From Hypanus sabinus (Eukaryota): a stretch of DNA of 64,000 nucleotides. Positions 13,061 to 26,620 of the stretch are shown piece by piece. Every line of letters starts with the position of its first letter. The stretch's first letter is position 1. The stretch spans positions 174,654,001 through 174,718,000 of the forward strand of contig NC_082710.1 of NCBI RefSeq assembly GCF_030144855.1, given 5' to 3'. The position numbers and the translations under genes are program-made. The notes beneath the pieces were generated by a model, which was given only the letters and a program-made list of their open reading frames with translations, was not told the DNA's origin and did no database searches.

Positions 13061-14259
13061 GTCACACCTTATCACTATTTGTCTCTGTTTAGGGAGAGTA
13101 TGCTAAACTTTTGCTAATTATCGTACCAAAGAGAGTCGATTCCTTTCTATTCTCATCCGGCAGTGAAAAGGGCACATAAATAAGCGCATACAGATTTTTC
13201 GTTGCGTTGTCACTGACACCTTGTGGCTGGAAGACTTGATTTGCATCATCAAACTGGATGTTTGGGCTCTACGGGTCCTATACGTGGAAACTGAAAGATT
13301 ATTGTATCGTCAGTGCTTTTACCCCATATACGTTTGACACTCTCTTATTTTGTAACTATATTCCTTTACTTAAGATTGTTTCTATAATGGAAATATCTCA
13401 ACATCGACCCGTTATGTTCCTATCTGTTTCAATATTCCTCTTCCAATATTATTATCCCTTATTGTTCCCAACTCCAAATACAGATCCCAACACCTCTAAT
13501 CTCTTGTAATAGGGTAACACTCTCATCCAAGGAAGCAGAGTGAAACTTTTTTGGATTGTATATGAAATGACACAAAGATGGGCAGGATAGTAAATTGAAA
13601 GTATACAAAACTAAATTAATGCCAATAGCCTTATTTAGCATTTATTTATTATTATTTATTTTTATTTTTGTATTTGCAGTTTGTTGTCCTTTGCACATTG
13701 CTTGTTTGTGCGTCCTGTTGTGTGGGGGCTTCCGTTGAATCCATTGTGTTCCTTGCATTTATTATGAATGCCTGCAAGTAAATGAATCTCGGAGTTCTAC
13801 ATGGTGACATATATATATATATTTTTTTTGTTAATAATAAACCTATTTTGAACTTCATTATCACAGCAGCAAAGATATACAATTATTGTAAATTATAGAA
13901 GAAAATAAATTGTGAAAAAGAGGAATAGAGAGGCAGTTGTTCATACAACTGTTGACTATTTACAAATCTGATGATGGAGGGGAGAAGTTGATCTCAAATC
14001 ATTGAGTGTAGGTCTTCAGGTTCCTGCACCTCTTCTCCAATTGTTGAAGAAAGAATCTGACAGTAGACCATGGAATAAAGGGAAGGATTTGAGGAAGCAG
14101 AAGGAGGTGATGAAATGTAGGGAGGCTTGGTTTCAGTCGCACAGGACATTAATAAGACAACGTTTGAATTGTGAACTGCTTTGGTTTCCTAATTTAGTGT
14201 CAGATGCAATTCAGAGATGATTTGCAAGACTGACATCTGGAGTTGGTGTGTTGTCTTAT

Positions 14260-14474
14260 TGTGGTGAACTACATATACCTGTCTGGCCACGCCCCCTGCT
14301 GACTGCTCCTGTGGTTCCTCCCACAGACCCCTGTATAAAGGCGATTGGGGCACTGCTCCTCCCTCAGTCTCCAGGATGTTGTGTGATGGTCTCTTGCTGC
14401 TGACGGTGCTTTCTTCCAGATAATAAAAGCCTATCTCTGGCCTCACGTCTCTGAGAGTTATTGATGGTGCATCA
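14260..14474 (+). mobile_element. Solo LTR (215 bp)
   Basis: TG...CA termini, TATAAA and AATAAA, perfect 5-bp TSD CTTAT (14255-14259 and 14475-14479). Confidence 0.85.
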
Positions 14475-14584
14475 CTTATTCAGAAAGTTTGGCCAAGGTT
14501 TGAGTTTAGAAGAGGGAGCTTGACTAAAACATATAGTCAAGTCTGTATATGATTCTGAGGGGCCTGGATAAGCTGTATGTGGAG

Positions 14585-15205
14585 TGTTATGTATTGTAAT
14601 TCCAGAACATAAAACTAATTGAAAGAAAAACACAGTGCCAGGGTTAACACATGTGCATTTAGATTTCATTTTAGTGAGACACACACATATGATGCCATGC
14701 CGTAATGACGTATGTCATTCACATACTTGTTACATATAAGCCATAATAAATTACGAGAGCAACAAAGAATTTATTTACAATTTTACTCAAATATTATAGA
14801 AATATTAAATCCACAACACTCCTCCCGGCTCAGCTATAAACTCTAACTCCAATATAGACTGCATCTTAACTCAAAATTGTAATGTATTGCCCTCTAATCA
14901 TTACACACACACACACACACACACACATACTACATTGTATAATACAGCTTCTATATAGGCATCCACAGCCTTGTAAATTTTAATTATCCTGTTCAGGTCT
15001 AAAGATTTAATCGCTGTGGAGGATTTCTTATTCTTGTGGAATTTCTTATTCTTTCCTAACATGGGGGCTCACTCTGCTTGGCAGGTGGGACTTGTGAAGC
15101 AATCTCAGGTTCTGGGGCCTCATCCATGGCGGTTGTAGGAGTTGACTCTGGGATGGCTGGAAGTGGTTCTGACAGCCCTGGACATCCTCCCTCTCTACCA
15201 ACTGG
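14585..15205 (-). mobile_element. Gypsy 3' end: integrase tail, PPT and 3' LTR
   Basis: Pro-rich tail ending ...RIRNPPQRLNL; polypurine tract GGGAGGAG abutting TGT at about 14818. Confidence 0.6.
14904..14927. repeat. (CA)n microsatellite
   Basis: Direct inspection. Confidence 0.9.
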
Positions 15206-15254
15206 CACCGTTCTCTTCAAACGATTGACAGAGAAACCTGTCTGGCCAAACAAA

Positions 15255-15650
15255 TCTGAATCAGAATCAGGTTTACTATCTCCAGCATATGTTGGGAAAT
15301 TTGTTAACTTTGCAGCTGCAGTAAAATGTACAATCATGATAGATATAGGAAAAATATGAAATACAGTAAGTATATATGTATATTAAATAATTAAGTTAAA
15401 ATAAGTAGTGTAAAAGCAAAAATAAAGAAGTGCAGAGAGTGTTCATGGGTTCAATGTCCATTTAGGAATCAGATAGCAGAGGAGAAGAAGCTGTTCCTGA
15501 ATCGCTGAGTGTGTACCTTCAGGCTTCTGTATCTCCTACCTGATGGTAGCAATGAGAAGAGGGCATGTCGCAGGTCATGGAGGTCCTTAATGATAGAAAC
15601 TGCCTTCCTAAGGCACCACTCCTTGAAGATGTCTTGGATACCACAAAGGT
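15255..15650 (-). mobile_element. Rex1-type LINE 3' fragment
   Basis: KAVSIIKD...HALFSLLPSGRRYRSL-type C-terminus and (GATTCT)n tail; similar fragments at about 10540-10990, 23430-23660, 37530-37780, 44310-44975 and 57153-57520. Confidence 0.7.
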
Positions 15651-15659
15651 ACCTCTAAT

Positions 15660-15878
15660 CTCCTACTCGAATCCAGTCAGGCCGCTCCCGAGTAGGCTTT
15701 CCGTCTGTGCCGGGTTGAGTTTTTGAGCTCGCAACTGGGCCTCATAAAATAAAGAAAAACACTGCCATATGTCAGTGTGAGGAGTGATGCGCCACACAGT
15801 CTTTCGTTCCGCGCCTTGTAAGGCATGAAAATGCCCGACGTTGGCCTCTCAGGCCTGAGTCCACATCATCATCATCAT
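15660..15878 (+). mobile_element. Short retroposon with (CAT)n tail
   Basis: Ends in CATCATCATCATCAT; flanked by a CTCTAAT duplication. Confidence 0.5.
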
Positions 15879-16386
15879 CTCTAATTTTCCCTTTCAGGGT
15901 TCTTTTGAAGACCCTGATCTAAAGTTACACTCTGACTTCAGTTCTTTGCGGGAATGGGATCCACTCTCGGGATCTCACGACTGGCCATTATTCGACATGC
16001 CAAGGATGCAGCCTGAGAACTTAGCTTGCCTTCGGAGGTCCGAGATCTCATGGCTCGAGACAGGCGGATCGAAGCTCGGTGACCCAGCAGGAGATCGGTG
16101 TATCGTGGGAGCCGGAAGATCTATGGCTCTTTGGGCACAGAGCTCAGTAAAAGCGATGCAGTGGACTTTAACACCGTAAACTAGCGAGTCATTTGTTATG
16201 TCTCCCCTCTTGCTGTGAAACGGAGACACCATTTTCTCCCTTATTATGGAGAGAGAGAAAACCTGTGGTATGTCAAATACTGGGTGAACGCGTAGTCTTT
16301 GGGATATTGCAAGTCTATGTCTTTGCTGTTGCTTTGGGGTATGCTTGAGGGCTTGGTGGTGGGTGCCGGTTTTTTTTGCTCGTGCT

Positions 16387-17004
16387 GTCGTGGTTTTTCG
16401 TGCCTCACAAATGACCAGGAGACGCAGAAGATTCTTCAAGAAGGGTTAAACTTTAATTTGCAAATCAAAGCTGAGACAGTCAGTGAGCTAGCTGCTGATT
16501 GCCCACTGATCCTTGGGCACTGCATTTTTTATAGCAAAATCCTGGTCCAGTTTCACACGTTTGACTTAATCATGTTCCAATCCACATCTCCCAGCCGTCT
16601 CTCACCAACGCACCATTGTCTTCTACATTCTTAAGATTTCATTCTCCTACTAAATTGGGTACATGCATAGCAAATAGCAAGTTCAAACTACATAATCTAC
16701 ATCAAGGCTGACTACATAGTTTTGGTTACACAGCAAACAAGTTCAAAGCAAAACATCTCTTTGCTACCTCTCATTACCAAACCATTGTCTTCTACATTCA
16801 ATTGGATACATGCATAGCAAATAGCAAACTTCAAAGCTGACTACATCTCTTTGCTACCTCTCATTAACATATATTAACACACCATTGTCTTCTACATTCC
16901 TAGCATTTCATCTTGGGTACATGCATAGCAAACTGACTACATAGTTTTGGTTACACAGCAAGTAATACAAGTTTTATACTCCATAATATTTTTATACTCC
17001 AATA
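16387..17004 (-). mobile_element. Probable solo LTR with internal direct repeats
   Basis: Starts TGTCG and interrupts another repeat with an approximate GTGC/GTGT TSD; internal repeats ACCATTGTCTTCTACATTC and ACATGCATAGCAAA. Confidence 0.5.
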
Positions 17005-17224
17005 GTGTGAGGGGGGATCGTTGCTTGCTGCCGCTTACTCGTGGGAGGGAGAGGAGCTGGGGGGGGGGACCTTGGGGTTCTAACAGTTAACTGTCATTCT
17101 TTTGGGACACTCCTCTGTTTTCAGGGTTGCAAAACATTTTGGGTTATACATATATTGTATACATTCTCTGACATTAAATGTACCTTTGAAACTTTTGATA
17201 TGGAGCTGTCTAATTTTACAACTT

Positions 17225-20200
17225 CCTGTAACTTACTTCGATGCTACACTACCATTGTGTTGGTGTTGTTTCAGGGGCTCACATGCACCAGCCCAAAACA
17301 GGTTTAAAGGCAAACCTTGCAGAAAATGCAACAAAGTAGGACACATACAAACAGCAAGTTGGGCGGACAAAAATGAATGAACTGCATACAGAAGAGATAA
17401 ATACAAAAAGTCACGCTGAGTCTCAAAAAGGGAACCAGTCTGCATGTTGATGATAAAAATTCTGATAACGATGAGAGTGACATAGGACTGGGTACCCTTG
17501 AGATTTAAATTGTGAAAACTAATAAGAGACAAGCAATATGGCTTACATCAGAAGTGAAAGGCAAATTAATTAAACTGGAATTGGTCATTAGCTCAGCTGT
17601 TTCAAAATGAGTTTGGACAACATTTCAAAGATACTGAACTGGATCCTCCAACTGAGAACTTGTACTGGAGAAAAGATAACGCCTATGGGAATGATATTTG
17701 TAACAGTGAAATATAACAACCAGCAGGCCACATTTGACATGTATGTTGTATGAGCAAGAAAGCCAGCATTGTGGGGCAGTGATTGACTAGACAACTACAC
17801 CTTGATTAGAGATCCATCCATCACTTGCATATCACATCGCCTGCAATAGAGTCAACTGAAAGTGAATTAAGAAAAGTACTGGATGATGCCACAGAGTGTT
17901 CAAGGATGGATTTGGAAAACACAAAAATAGTGTTAAATGAAAATACCACACAGAAGTTTTACAAAGCCTGTCTGGTTCCTTACACCTTTCGAGATAAAGT
18001 AACCAATGAGCTAGATCACCTGGAACCTAAAGGACTACATTCCAAGGTTGAGTGGAGTCCATGGGCAGTACCAGTGGTCCCAGTAGCTAAATCGAATGGG
18101 GTTGTCAGGACCTGTGACGATTTTAATGTCACAATCAACCCAGTACTGAAAATAGCTCCACACCCTCTGCCCGGGACAGAGGGTATCTTTGCAAACTTTT
18201 CAGAAGGGAAGCACCTCAACAAAGTGGACTTCCCTAAGGCCTACCTACAAATGGAAATGGAAGCAGAAACCAAAGTTCTTCTCACAATAAGGGCTTTATC
18301 ACTATATTAGGTTTATCTTTAGAGTAGTATCTGAACCTGCACTCAGTTAAAATGCTCTGGACCAGCTTCTGCAAGGCAGCCCAAGTACTAAGTGTTACCA
18401 GAAAGACATCATTGCTACTGGTGAGGATGACAAGGAACATCTCCAAAATTTCAAGAAATTGTTAAAAAGATTAGAAGATAATGTGCTCAGTGCATGATGC
18501 AACAGGATTGAATTCTTTGAACTAAGCATGTCTTACTGTAGTCACACCATTGATGTACAAGAATTACACAAGTAAAACTGCTGAGAAAATTGAAGCGATG
18601 GTGGGTGTCTCAAGGTGAAAGGATGTATCGCAGTTGTGGTCCTTTTTTAGGATTTGTCACTTAATATACCAGGCTCCTGCCAATCTCCACCCCTCGAACT
18701 CATTAATACGGATTGGGAGGAAATGTCAGTGGGTTAAGCAGTGAGAGATGGCTTTACAAAAGACAAAAGAAATAGTGACGTCAGACATTGTGTTCACAGA
18801 TTATGATCCATATTATCCAGTGAAGCTTGCCTGTGGCACCTCACCATATGATGTAGGTGCAGTCGTGTCACATGTTATGAGAGATAGAAATGAACGCCCC
18901 TTAGACTGTGCATTACATTCTCCCACTGCTGCAGAGAAAAGTTATGCACAGACTGATAGAACAGTCTTGAGCATGGTATGGGGTGCAAAACAAATCAACC
19001 TGCACTTAAATGGGAGAGAGTTTACCCTCATTTCTGATCATCAACCATTGGCCCAAAACATCGACTATACTCTTTTCCTAGATGCTGCCTGGCCTGCCGA
19101 GATCCTCCAGCATTTTGTGTGAGTTGCTTGGATTTCCAGCATCTGCAGATGTTCTCCTGTTTGTGATTGAATTACTACACTGTGAAGTCTCTTCAAGGGA
19201 TGCCTACCCTTTGACAAGAGTTCAGTGAAACCCTCTCTCACTGCTCCCCTTCTGTGATCCCTGCTGCTCTCTGACCCTTCGACCACATGCTTACCCAGAT
19301 CTATTACCACAGCCGTGTCGTATCCTTTCTGGGAATGTCTTCGCCACCAGCTTGTACCACACAGTTTCCAGATCCATTTAAAAGCTCTTTTACCAATTTA
19401 CTTCACAGCTCTTAACTTCATCCCCCTTCAGGTTTCACCTATCACCTTGTGATTCCCTCCCCCTCCCCCCACCTTTAAAATCTACTCCTCAGTTTTTTTT
19501 CTCCAGTCCTGCCGAAGGGTTTCTGCCCAATATGTTTATTGTACTCTTTTCCATAGTTGCTGCCTGGCCTGCTGAGTTCCTCCAGCATTTTGTGTGTGTT
19601 GCTCAGATTTCCAGCGTTTGCAGTTTTCTCTAGTTGATTGTCTCAGGTTGAAGGGAATCTTTGTCTCGGGTTGTCTCTAGTTGATTGTCTCGGGTTGTCT
19701 CGAGTTGATTTGTCTTGAGTTGAAGGGTATCATTGTCTTGGGTTGTCTATAGTTGATTGACTCGGGTTGAAGGGATGTTTCACAGATCACAGTTGTGGTC
19801 CTATTTTAGGGTTTGTCACATGATATAACAAGTTCTTGCCAGACCTGCCAACTGTGCTCCACCCCTCGAACTCATTACTACAGATTGGGAAGAAATGTCA
19901 GTGGATAAAGCCGAGTGAGATGGCTTTCCAAAGGACAAAGGAATGGTGACATCAGACAGGGTATTCACACACTCATGTCACATGTATGGGAAAGAGTTTA
20001 CCCTCAGTACTGATCATCAATTGTGTCCATTTTCAATCGATGGGAGTGTGTTCCACTAACAGCAGCAGCACAAGTGCAGAGTTGGGCTCTGTTTCTTGGA
20101 GGATACAATTACAAGATCGAATTCAAGAGGTTGACTGATCATGTAAATGCTGATGGACTGTCCTGTTTAGGAAAGGAGATAACTGAAAAGTTTACAGAAG

Positions 20201-20725
20201 ATGTATTCTCTGTAATAAAAATCGGCCTGCAATGTCAGATACTGTAATATAAAGGGAAACCAGAAAAGACCCCACACTGTCTCAGGTCTAGTGGGCAACC
20301 AAAAATGGCCGGAATGTGTAGCAGAGTTCCTAGTTCCCCCATTTTTACCAGCACTGAGATGAACTTTCCCTTGGTGGGGGTTGACTCATGGAGGGACTGA
20401 GATTTGTTGTACCATCAAGTGTGGGAGAAGATACACGCCAGTCATCTAGGCATGGTCAAAATAAAATTGTAGGCCTGGTGGCCTGGGATAGATCAGCATA
20501 TCGAGCAGCTTGCTATGCACCGTTCAGGATGCCAACACATCCAGAAGATGCCAAGAACAGCACCCCTCCACCCCTGGGAATTGCTTGCATTACCCTGCCC
20601 CGGGATTCATGTGGATTTTGCTTGCCCATTTTATGGGCACAAATTTCTTGATATTAATGGATGCAGCTACACAGAGGCCAGAAATGTTCCTAGTGGCCTC
20701 AACTACAGGCTCACACACTGTTGAT
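17225..20725 (+). mobile_element. Degenerate Gypsy LTR-retrotransposon internal region (gag zinc knuckle, protease, RT, RNase H, integrase)
   Basis: CRKCNKVGH; WSPWAVPVVPV.K.NG.VR.C.DF; KLAC..SPY.VGAV; FTLISDHQPL; PLHPWE...IHVDFA.P. Confidence 0.9.
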
Positions 20726-21604
20726 GTGATCAACACCCATCACAGACATTCAACTTCCTCCCCCTCTCATCAGGCAGATTATACAACAGCCTTAATGCAC
20801 GTAAGATTATTGAATGGTCTCCTAGTATGATAAGATGGACTTTTGACCCAACAATCTATGTGTCATGGCTTTGCTCCTTAATATCTGCCTGCATTGCACT
20901 CACTCTTTGTAATTGTAATGCGTCATTCTGCATTCTATTACGGCTTTTCCCTTGCAAAGATAAAGATTAGCTTTATTTTTTCACATATGTCGAAACATAG
21001 AGTGAAATGTGTTACTTGCATCAAATCGGATCAGCACAGATAGCACTGGGGGCTGTAAGTGTCACCTGGCTCACAGCATGCCACGACTCACTAACCCTAA
21101 CACATAAGCCTTTGTGATGAGGGAGGTATCCATTGCACCCAGAGGAATCCCATGTGGTCACGGAGAGAACATACAGATTCCTTACAGACAGCAGTAGGAA
21201 TCAAACCCCGATCGGTGGTTGCTGTAAAGTGACTGTGCTAACCCCTATTCTACCCCCTGCCTTTCTACACTGTTGTTGCCTTAATGCACTGACATGATGA
21301 AGGGATGGATGACATTTAGTCAGAGATTTTCCCCATACCTCGGTACATGTGACAATAATAAACCAATCTACCAAGTTAAATCTCCCAATCTAAAGGTGCT
21401 GATGTAGTCATCATCGTTTAAGTGACAGGAGCGGGAATATGAGGCTGAGTGGCTGCTTTCTGCTTCAGAATCAGAGTCAGGTTTAATATCACTGGCAGAT
21501 GTCGGGAAATTTGTTAACTTTGCGGCAGCGTAATTATTTATTTTATATATATAGAAAGTTTTTTTAAAAATATAAAAAAAATAGTGAGGTAGTGTTCTTC
21601 TCAC

Positions 21605-23425
21605 ACTCTGGATCTTTTCCAGGACTTCAGGTTCCAAGGACCCATCATCTTATTTTTACTATGGATGTCCAGTCCCTATACACCTCCATCCTCCACCAGG
21701 AAGGTCTCAAATCTTCCCCTTTCTTTCCGGACACCAGACCTAATCAGTTCCCCTCTACCTCCACTCTCCTCCGCCTAGCGGAACTAGTCCTCACTCTAAA
21801 TAATTTCTCCTTTGGCTCCTCCCTCTTCCTTCAAACAAAAGGTGTAGCCATGGGCACACGCATGGGTCCCAACAATGCCTGCCTGTTTGTTGGCTACATG
21901 GAACAGTCTATGCTCCAAGCTTACACTGGTGACCGTCCCGCACTTTTCCTACGCTACATCAATGAGTGCATTAGTGTTGCTTCCTGCACCCATGTGGAAT
22001 TTGTCGACTTCATCAACTTTGCCTCCAACTTCCACCTGCCCTCAGGTTTACCTGGTTTTCCAGCACCTCGCTCCCCTTCCTCAATCTCTCTATCTCTGGA
22101 GACAGCTTATATACTGATGTGTATCACAAACCCACGGACTCTTACAGCTACTTAGATTATACCTCTTGCCACCCTGTTACTTGTAAAAAACCCATCCCCT
22201 TCTCTCAATTCCTCCATCTCCGCCGTACCTGATCTTAGGATGAGGCTTTTCATTCCAGAACAAAGGAGATGTGCTCCTTTATCGAAGAAAGGGGCTTCCC
22301 TCCCTCCACAACCAATACTGCCAATGTGGTTACATCGCTTCCATTTCACACTCTTTTGCCATCATCCCATCCTCCTGCCACTCCACCAGGGATAGGGTTT
22401 CTCTGGTCTTCATCTACCACCCCACCAGGTGCTGTGACCAGCACATAATTCTTCACAACTTTCACCATCTCCAATGGAATCCCACCACCATACACATTTT
22501 TCCCTTCCCCCTTTCCACGCCACTCTCTGCTTTCTGCAGAGATTGCTCCCTACGCAACTCTCTTGTCCATTCGTCCTATCCTACTGATCTCCCTCCTGTC
22601 ACTTATCCTTGCAAGCGGAACAAGTGCCCCTACACCTCCTCCCTCAGGGCCCTAAACAATCCTTCCAGGTGAAACTGTGAGCCTGTTGGTCATCTACTGT
22701 ATCCAGTGCTTGTGGTGTGGCATCCTGTATACCAGTGAGACATACACCTAGATCGGGAGACATACACCTAGATCGGGAGACATACACCTAGATCGGGAGG
22801 CCACTTTGCCGAACACTTATGCTCTGTTTGCCAGAAAAAGCAGGATCTCCCAGTGGCACCCATTTTAATTCCACTTCCCATTCCAAAATGTCTATCTATG
22901 TCCTCCTCCACTGTCAAGATGAGGCCACACTCAGGTTGGAGGAACAACCCCTTATATTTTGTCTGGGTAGCCTCCAACCTGGGGGCATGAACATCGATTT
23001 CTTGAACTTCTGGTAATTTCCCACTCCACTTCTCCTTTACCATTCCCCCATTTCATTTTCTCTCTCTCGCCATATCTTGTTGACCACCCATCGCCTCCCT
23101 CTGGTCCTCCCCGCTTTTCTTTATCTCATGACCTTCTGACCTCTTCTATCAGACTCCCCATTCTCCAGCCCTGTCTCTGCTTCACCAATCAACTTCCCAG
23201 CTCTTTATTCACCCTCTCCTCCTTCGGGATTCACCTATCACCTTGTGTTTCTCTGTCCCTGCCACCACCCTCCCTCCACCTTTTAAATCAGCATCTTTTC
23301 TCCAGTCCTGCCAAAGAGCCTCAGCCTGAAACATTGACCCTTTTCCATAGATGCTGTCTGGCCTGCTGAGTTCCCTCAACATTTTGTGTGTGTTGCTTGG
23401 ATTTCCAGCATCTGCAGATTTTCTT
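21605..23425 (+). mobile_element. Penelope-like retroelement (RT + GIY-YIG), degenerate, with terminal repeat
   Basis: TMDVQSLYTSI, QTKGVAMGTRMGP and FLRYI; VIYCIQC..CGILY GIY-YIG start at about 22690; terminal repeat at about 23290-23425. Confidence 0.88.
22737..22798. repeat. 20-bp tandem repeat x3 (GAGACATACACCTAGATCGG)
   Basis: Direct inspection. Confidence 0.9.
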
Positions 23426-24237
23426 TTGCTAATGAGGTATTGTTCATGGGTTCAATGTCATTCAGAAAACAGATGGCAGAGGGGCAGAAGCTGTTGCTGA
23501 ATCTCTGAGTGTGTGCCTTTAGGCTTCTGTACCTCCTTCCTAATGGTAACTATGAGAAGAGGGCATGTCCTGGGTAGTAGGGTCCTTAATGATGGATGCT
23601 GCCTCTTTGAAGCACCACTCCCTGAAGGTGTCCTGCATCCAATGGAGGCTAGTCCCCATGATGGAGCTGACAATAGGACAACCAAGTGGTGCAGCGGCTG
23701 GTGCTTCTACCTCAGAACTCCACCCTCCCAGATGTTGGGTGTTGCCTGGGCAGAGTTTGCATGTTCTCTTTGTAAACACAAGGGTTTTGTCTGGGCACTC
23801 TGATTCCCTGCCACACCTCAACAGTGCTCTGATTATTTAATCAGATACTGGAAGTCACAGCTCATTAAGGGACAGAATAATAAAAGGGAAGGATGGACAT
23901 ATGGATCTCAATGAAGTGTCTTGGCCCAAATATTAAACTGTTCATTCCTCTGCCCAGATATCTGCTGAGTTCCTTCAGTATTTTGTGTGTCTTACTCTGG
24001 ATTTCCAGCATCCCTAGAATTTACTGAAACAGAATACGTAGGTTGCAGGGCCCAGGGAAATAAGGACAGGGAATAGATGGGGCTTTTCCTGATTGAATCA
24101 GCAGAGAGCCAATGGGCCATATGGCTGTGTTATGAGATGTAAGATGTTTCCTGAGATTTTCCTGCACTGATTACCTGATAAGATGGGAGTGAGATTTTAT
24201 GAACTGGAAACTTTGAATGTGGGGATATTCCAGACAT

Positions 24238-24420
24238 ACACACTCAGTGGCCACTTTATTGGTACACCGGAACACTTGCTTGTTAATGCAAATACCTAAT
24301 CATGCAATCATGTAACAGCAGCTCAATACATAAAAGCATGCAAGTTCAGTTGTTCTTTGGACCAAACGTCAGAATGTGGAACAGATGTGATCGGTGACTT
24401 TGACCATGGAGTGATCGTTG
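24238..24420 (+). mobile_element. Tc1-like transposon left end
   Basis: CACTCAGTGGCCACTTTATT.GGTACACC terminal motif preceded by TA. Confidence 0.6.
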
Positions 24421-25148
24421 TAATTTTTTACATCAATTATATATTACACCACAAAAAATAAATAAATTAAACCCAAATTTATCTGATCAATGTTTCCAAT
24501 GTAATCAAGAAATTGGTACTTTTTTTACATTCTACTTGGTCTTGTTCTACAATTCAATCTTTTTGGACAAATTTAAGAGTTTTACTGGAACAAATTATTG
24601 GAACACAACTTCCACATAACACAATATTATTTTTATTAGGTGATATTGAAGGGATAAAACCGAAATGAATAAATATCAGAAAAAATTCATAAAAATTGCA
24701 TTGGCAGTAGCCAAAAAGGCTATTGCAGCTACTTGGAAATTGGATTCATACTTAAGTATAGATTGTTGGAAGAACGAAATTTTCAGCTGTATTCCACTTG
24801 AAAAAAATACTTATAATTTAAGAGATAAATATGAAACATTTCTGAAAATTTGGCACCCTTATTTACAAAAGACAGGATTAAATATACAGGTGCTCCAAAG
24901 ATAAAATTATTGGTTATTTGGGGAAATAAATAAATATGTATATTAAAGCTATTATGAACATGGAGCATGTGGGGATCTTCCGATATCCAGACATTCTTTC
25001 TTTCTTTCTTCTTCTCTTTCTTTTCCTTTCTTTCTATAGGGATATGTTAAGAGGGAGGGGTTAAGGGGAGGGGGGGCAGGGTTGATTTTTTTTTTCTTTC
25101 TTTCTGTAATCATTTGAAAACTCAATTTTTAAAAATTTTAAAAAAAGA
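24421..25148 (+). mobile_element. L1 ORF2 C-terminus and 3'UTR
   Basis: HSTWSC..IQSFW and ALAVAKKAIAATWK motifs; G-rich tract and A-rich tail. Confidence 0.75.
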
Positions 25149-25149
25149 A

Positions 25150-26260
25150 GGCATTGAGTTCATCTGGTAGTGAAGCATTGCTGCCATTCATGCTACTGGG
25201 TTTCGCTTTGTAGGAAGTAATGTCTTGCAGACCCTGCCAGAGCTGTCATGCATCCAATGTCACCTCTAGCCTCTTTCAAAATGGTCTCCTTGCCCTTCAA
25301 ATAACCCTCCACAAGTCATACCTGGTTTTCTGGTACAGGCCTGCATCGCCAGATTTGACTGCCACAGATCTGGCCTTCAACAGACGACGTACCTCCTGGT
25401 TCATCCACAGCTTTTGGTCTGGGAATGTACAGTAAGTCTTTGTGGGCACACGCTCATCCACACAGGTTTTAATGGAGGTAACAACTGCGGCATACTCATC
25501 CAAGTTCGAAGATGAATCCCTGAATACAGTCCAGTGCAGCAATTCAAGGCAATCCTGTACTTCCCTTGTCCATACCTTCTCGGTTCTCACTTCTGGTGCT
25601 GCAGTCTTCGGTCTCTGCCTGTACTCAGGGAGTAGAAGTACAGCCAGGTGATCAGACTTTCTGAAGTGAGGGCATGGAATAACATTGTAGGCATTCTGGA
25701 TGGTGGTGTAGCAGAAGCGAGAGGTCAAAAATCTCAGAGTGAATAGTGCTGCCAGCTGATCAGCACAGGTCTTTAGTACTCAGCCAAGCACCCTGTCTGG
25801 TCCGGATGCTTTTTATGGTTTCACCACCCCCCCCCCCCCCAAAGGCTGCTCACACGTCAGCCTCAAAGACTGAAATCATTGGGGATTGTGGGAGCTCCGT
25901 GTTTTGATGGTCAAGGTGAGCATTGGCGTCATTGAGCTCACCTGGAAGCGAAGCCCTGTTCAAATCATGTCGTCACATTTTATTGTCATTTCAACCATCC
26001 AATACGCAGTAAAACTGAGACGATGTTTTTCAGGACCATGTCGCTGGACTTAACTTTATAAGTGATAGCATTCAATCCTGCCACAACTGTGGCAATCGAG
26101 CTTCCTTCATTGATTCAAGTTTAGTCTGGAATTGCAACATCGCCCATGAGATGGCTTTGCAGAGATCGTACCGAGCCCTCTTGTAACGTCGTCACCAAAC
26201 TTGTTCGGCTCTCAACTTGTCCTCTCAACAGATCGTATATTTCATGGTTCCTCCAGGGCC
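25150..26260 (-). mobile_element. Rex1/Babar LINE internal fragment
   Basis: PCPHFRKSDHLAVLLLPEYRQ...FPDQKLWMN motif typical of Rex1. Confidence 0.75.
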
Positions 26261-26581
26261 TCTTGCTACAGAAGTCTGATTTATTTTGTGGGGACACATT
26301 CGTCTAATTGTTGTAATGTTCAGATTCTTTAAATGTATTGTAATGGTACCCAGCAGGTGTAAAATGATTCATTGGGATGAGTTACAAGGTGGCCAACTTT
26401 TTTTAAATTTAATCTGGTACAGGGATCGAAAAACGGATAAATTACGTTTAACTGGAGGGAAGTGGGGTAGGATAGAGCTTTTCGATGGGCGGTAGTCAGT
26501 GATGTCTCAATAATATATAGTGAATTTTGGGCAAGATTCATATTCTTTTTCAATAGCTCCTCCCAATGGAGATGTGTGAGC

Positions 26582-26597
26582 GGCTCTGAAAAGAGCC
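26582..26597 (-). terminator. Histone 3' stem-loop (H1-like A)
   Basis: Canonical GGCTCTTTTCAGAGCC followed by purine-rich GGAGGAGCT (HDE-like). Confidence 0.92.
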
Positions 26598-26620
26598 TTT
26601 TGTGTTCATTTACTCGGGTT

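Noticed and set aside
22737-22798. CRISPR-like array
   Set aside because: Head-to-tail 20-mer with no spacers inside a eukaryotic retroelement.
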